Assembly (NCBI GenBank): GCA_051252375.1
Contig: JBPOFY010000004.1
Coordinates: 64,001 to 128,000, forward strand
Reading direction: 5' to 3'
From: Opitutaceae bacterium
GTDB taxonomy: Bacteria; Verrucomicrobiota; Verrucomicrobiia; Opitutales; Coraliomargaritaceae
DNA length: 64,000 nt
Shown piece after piece: positions 63,601-64,000 of the stretch. Position numbers and translations under genes: made by a program. Every line of letters begins with the position of its first letter. Within the stretch, counting starts at the first letter, position 1. The notes under the pieces are model-generated. The model did not search any database. It saw nothing but the letters and a program-made list of their open reading frames with translations, and was not told where the DNA came from.

Positions 63601-64000
63601 TGTGGCCGTAAGCACAGCGCCAGAGTTTCTCGATTCTTGAAACGAGGATGTTAACCAAGACAAAAAGCGACCTTGATCAGCACTGCCGATCTCCAATTCG
63701 CCATTATCTAATTTTAAACCATAATCCGGCGCTTCCGGCAGACCTGTCGTCTTGTCATGATCCAGCCCTTCCCATGCCCGCCAGACACCGGTTAGCTTCC
63801 TCGTCTTGTCCGCAACCGGCACACCAGCGACTGCCCCAACCGGTGCAGTTACCCGCTGATCATGGCCCGCATACTTTTGCAGTTCACCAATCGCAACATT
63901 GAGCGATAGCAGCGCCGCTTGCTCTGCTTCTAAACGATGCTTACCAATGTCGGCACTCCGTGTTTCGACATGGACCAAGCTCGTGATCGTCAAGAGCAGC
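60622..64000 (-). CDS. Verrucomicrobia cassette large protein (PilX-like N-terminus, Verru_Chthon cassette protein A-like); 5'-partial
   Basis: Open to the window end (LLLTITSLVHVET). AEQAALLSLNVAIGELQKYAGHDQRVTA, YAWWVQGENTK, RGPFLSLSEFFNR, ARDDTFIIRAYGD, FGRRFEIVDFRWL. Confidence 0.72.
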   Translation of the reverse strand, partial: LLLTITSLVHVETRSADIGKHRLEAEQAALLSLNVAIGELQKYAGHDQRVTAPVGAVAGVPVADKTRKLTGVWRAWEGLDHDKTTGLPEAPDYGLKLDNGELEIGSADQGRFLSWLTSSFQESRNSGAVLTATDVPPVAESLDTIQLLAKGTLGINAVAEDEVHIRPTQMPDGSGSYAWWVQGENTKVRLKPAEEVTDNFDATEQMLVSPGPSGVDFDIVDTTDVDRVASRKSLNLVAVGSGTEKPSEFFHDLTVYSRGLLTNTANGGWRRDLSLFAETFSSIPEGFSSFTLSPGQVWTSGKYNATSSKNPLIYPWSDWSRFPFQNSVSWSALADFATQYKQLNSSGDEVADFDDSTAYQKATGNQQWELADTVRRLPVVARVHTVISLSSKPVGTNYQPCVILNPIITMWNPYDVALDMSWRGNIQLNLIMGSPFSVRFNLNGTQQLRSVNDLGVKSISLLTGSPSSIWLPGEVRVFSPTGGGTVENESNGTVTYEVGCNPAGGIRYNIPGLADSPGTATLAATEAVLQKIFSGPNVQGAGVYYTLKRASSRMGNPPNSMNKSLLLDDLEHAREMLGDDLTLTGVSGTLQSLSTNPKPFLTLAMSMRFARDVNDQMENVVVNGIHNMNPTVGYMVSATDDTNQTPLLGRFDIYPYNVLLFSVNSYTDPRMPSGAADDPEGYLGSGFGTGDGLANLILTEVPTSPLRSIGDLQHFDVNKCNSWAPYTLNPLGNSRASAFIDSDKIRVSMLSGADTNFSVVGHDHSYAFNHLMLDDWFISSVAPDPNPWSAGGGRTLQQVYQQHLNGAEALPNQYYLPHELQSAANAGSVATSFLSDKDAWLKLAAELEVEGMFNINSTSERAWAMLLKRNFGTDQPGVLSLDSSTAGSGSATASLEASAGSPFPRSRLMSDEGAGALGYSSLSKHQRFTNGQIEALAREIVVEIKKRGPFLSLSEFFNRQLSSNADLAHAGAVESALLELSDSVGSENPYTDLKNTFPNADVSTDDALGNALNYPFPEAAEGSPAYGFPGWTRQADVLRPVSGILSARDDTFIIRAYGDVRDPLTNEVVSQSWCEAVVQRKADYVDSSDDKYALPSNGTLNSEDNKRFGRRFEIVDFRWLDEDEV

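Overview
Bacterial DNA that most likely comes from a marine Verrucomicrobiota (Opitutales, Lentimonas/Coraliomargarita-like). This is an inference from PEP-CTERM proteins, a Verrucomicrobia-type pilin/PilX-like cassette gene, shared C-terminal domains and the sulfatase load. Bases 1-11.3 kb hold signalling and housekeeping genes: two hybrid histidine kinases, rsuA, a purple-acid-phosphatase-like enzyme and a NarL-type two-component pair with discoidin-like sensor domains. About 11.5-59.7 kb is a co-oriented (minus strand) locus for degrading a sulfated fucan (fucoidan). It encodes 8 intact Cys-type sulfatases, three GH107 and one GH168 endo-fucanases, GH29, two GH141, GH116, three candidate deacetylases, two PEP-CTERM proteins and an unknown protein. 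Beyond ordinary annotation the window shows: (1) a recurring 16-bp operator-like motif, often paired at 22-23 bp spacing, upstream of most transcription units; (2) five consecutive large secreted enzymes with a shared C-terminal sorting-like domain; (3) an unannotated ~170-aa module repeated four times in the GH107 enzymes; (4) a chimeric, gene-converted GH107 pair; (5) an esterase-sulfatase fusion whose sulfatase core is deleted in frame; (6) REP-like repeats embedded in frame inside sulfatases; (7) a lone degenerate attC-like site. No rRNA, tRNA, CRISPR array or transposase was seen. Family assignments come from motif recognition by eye, not database searches.
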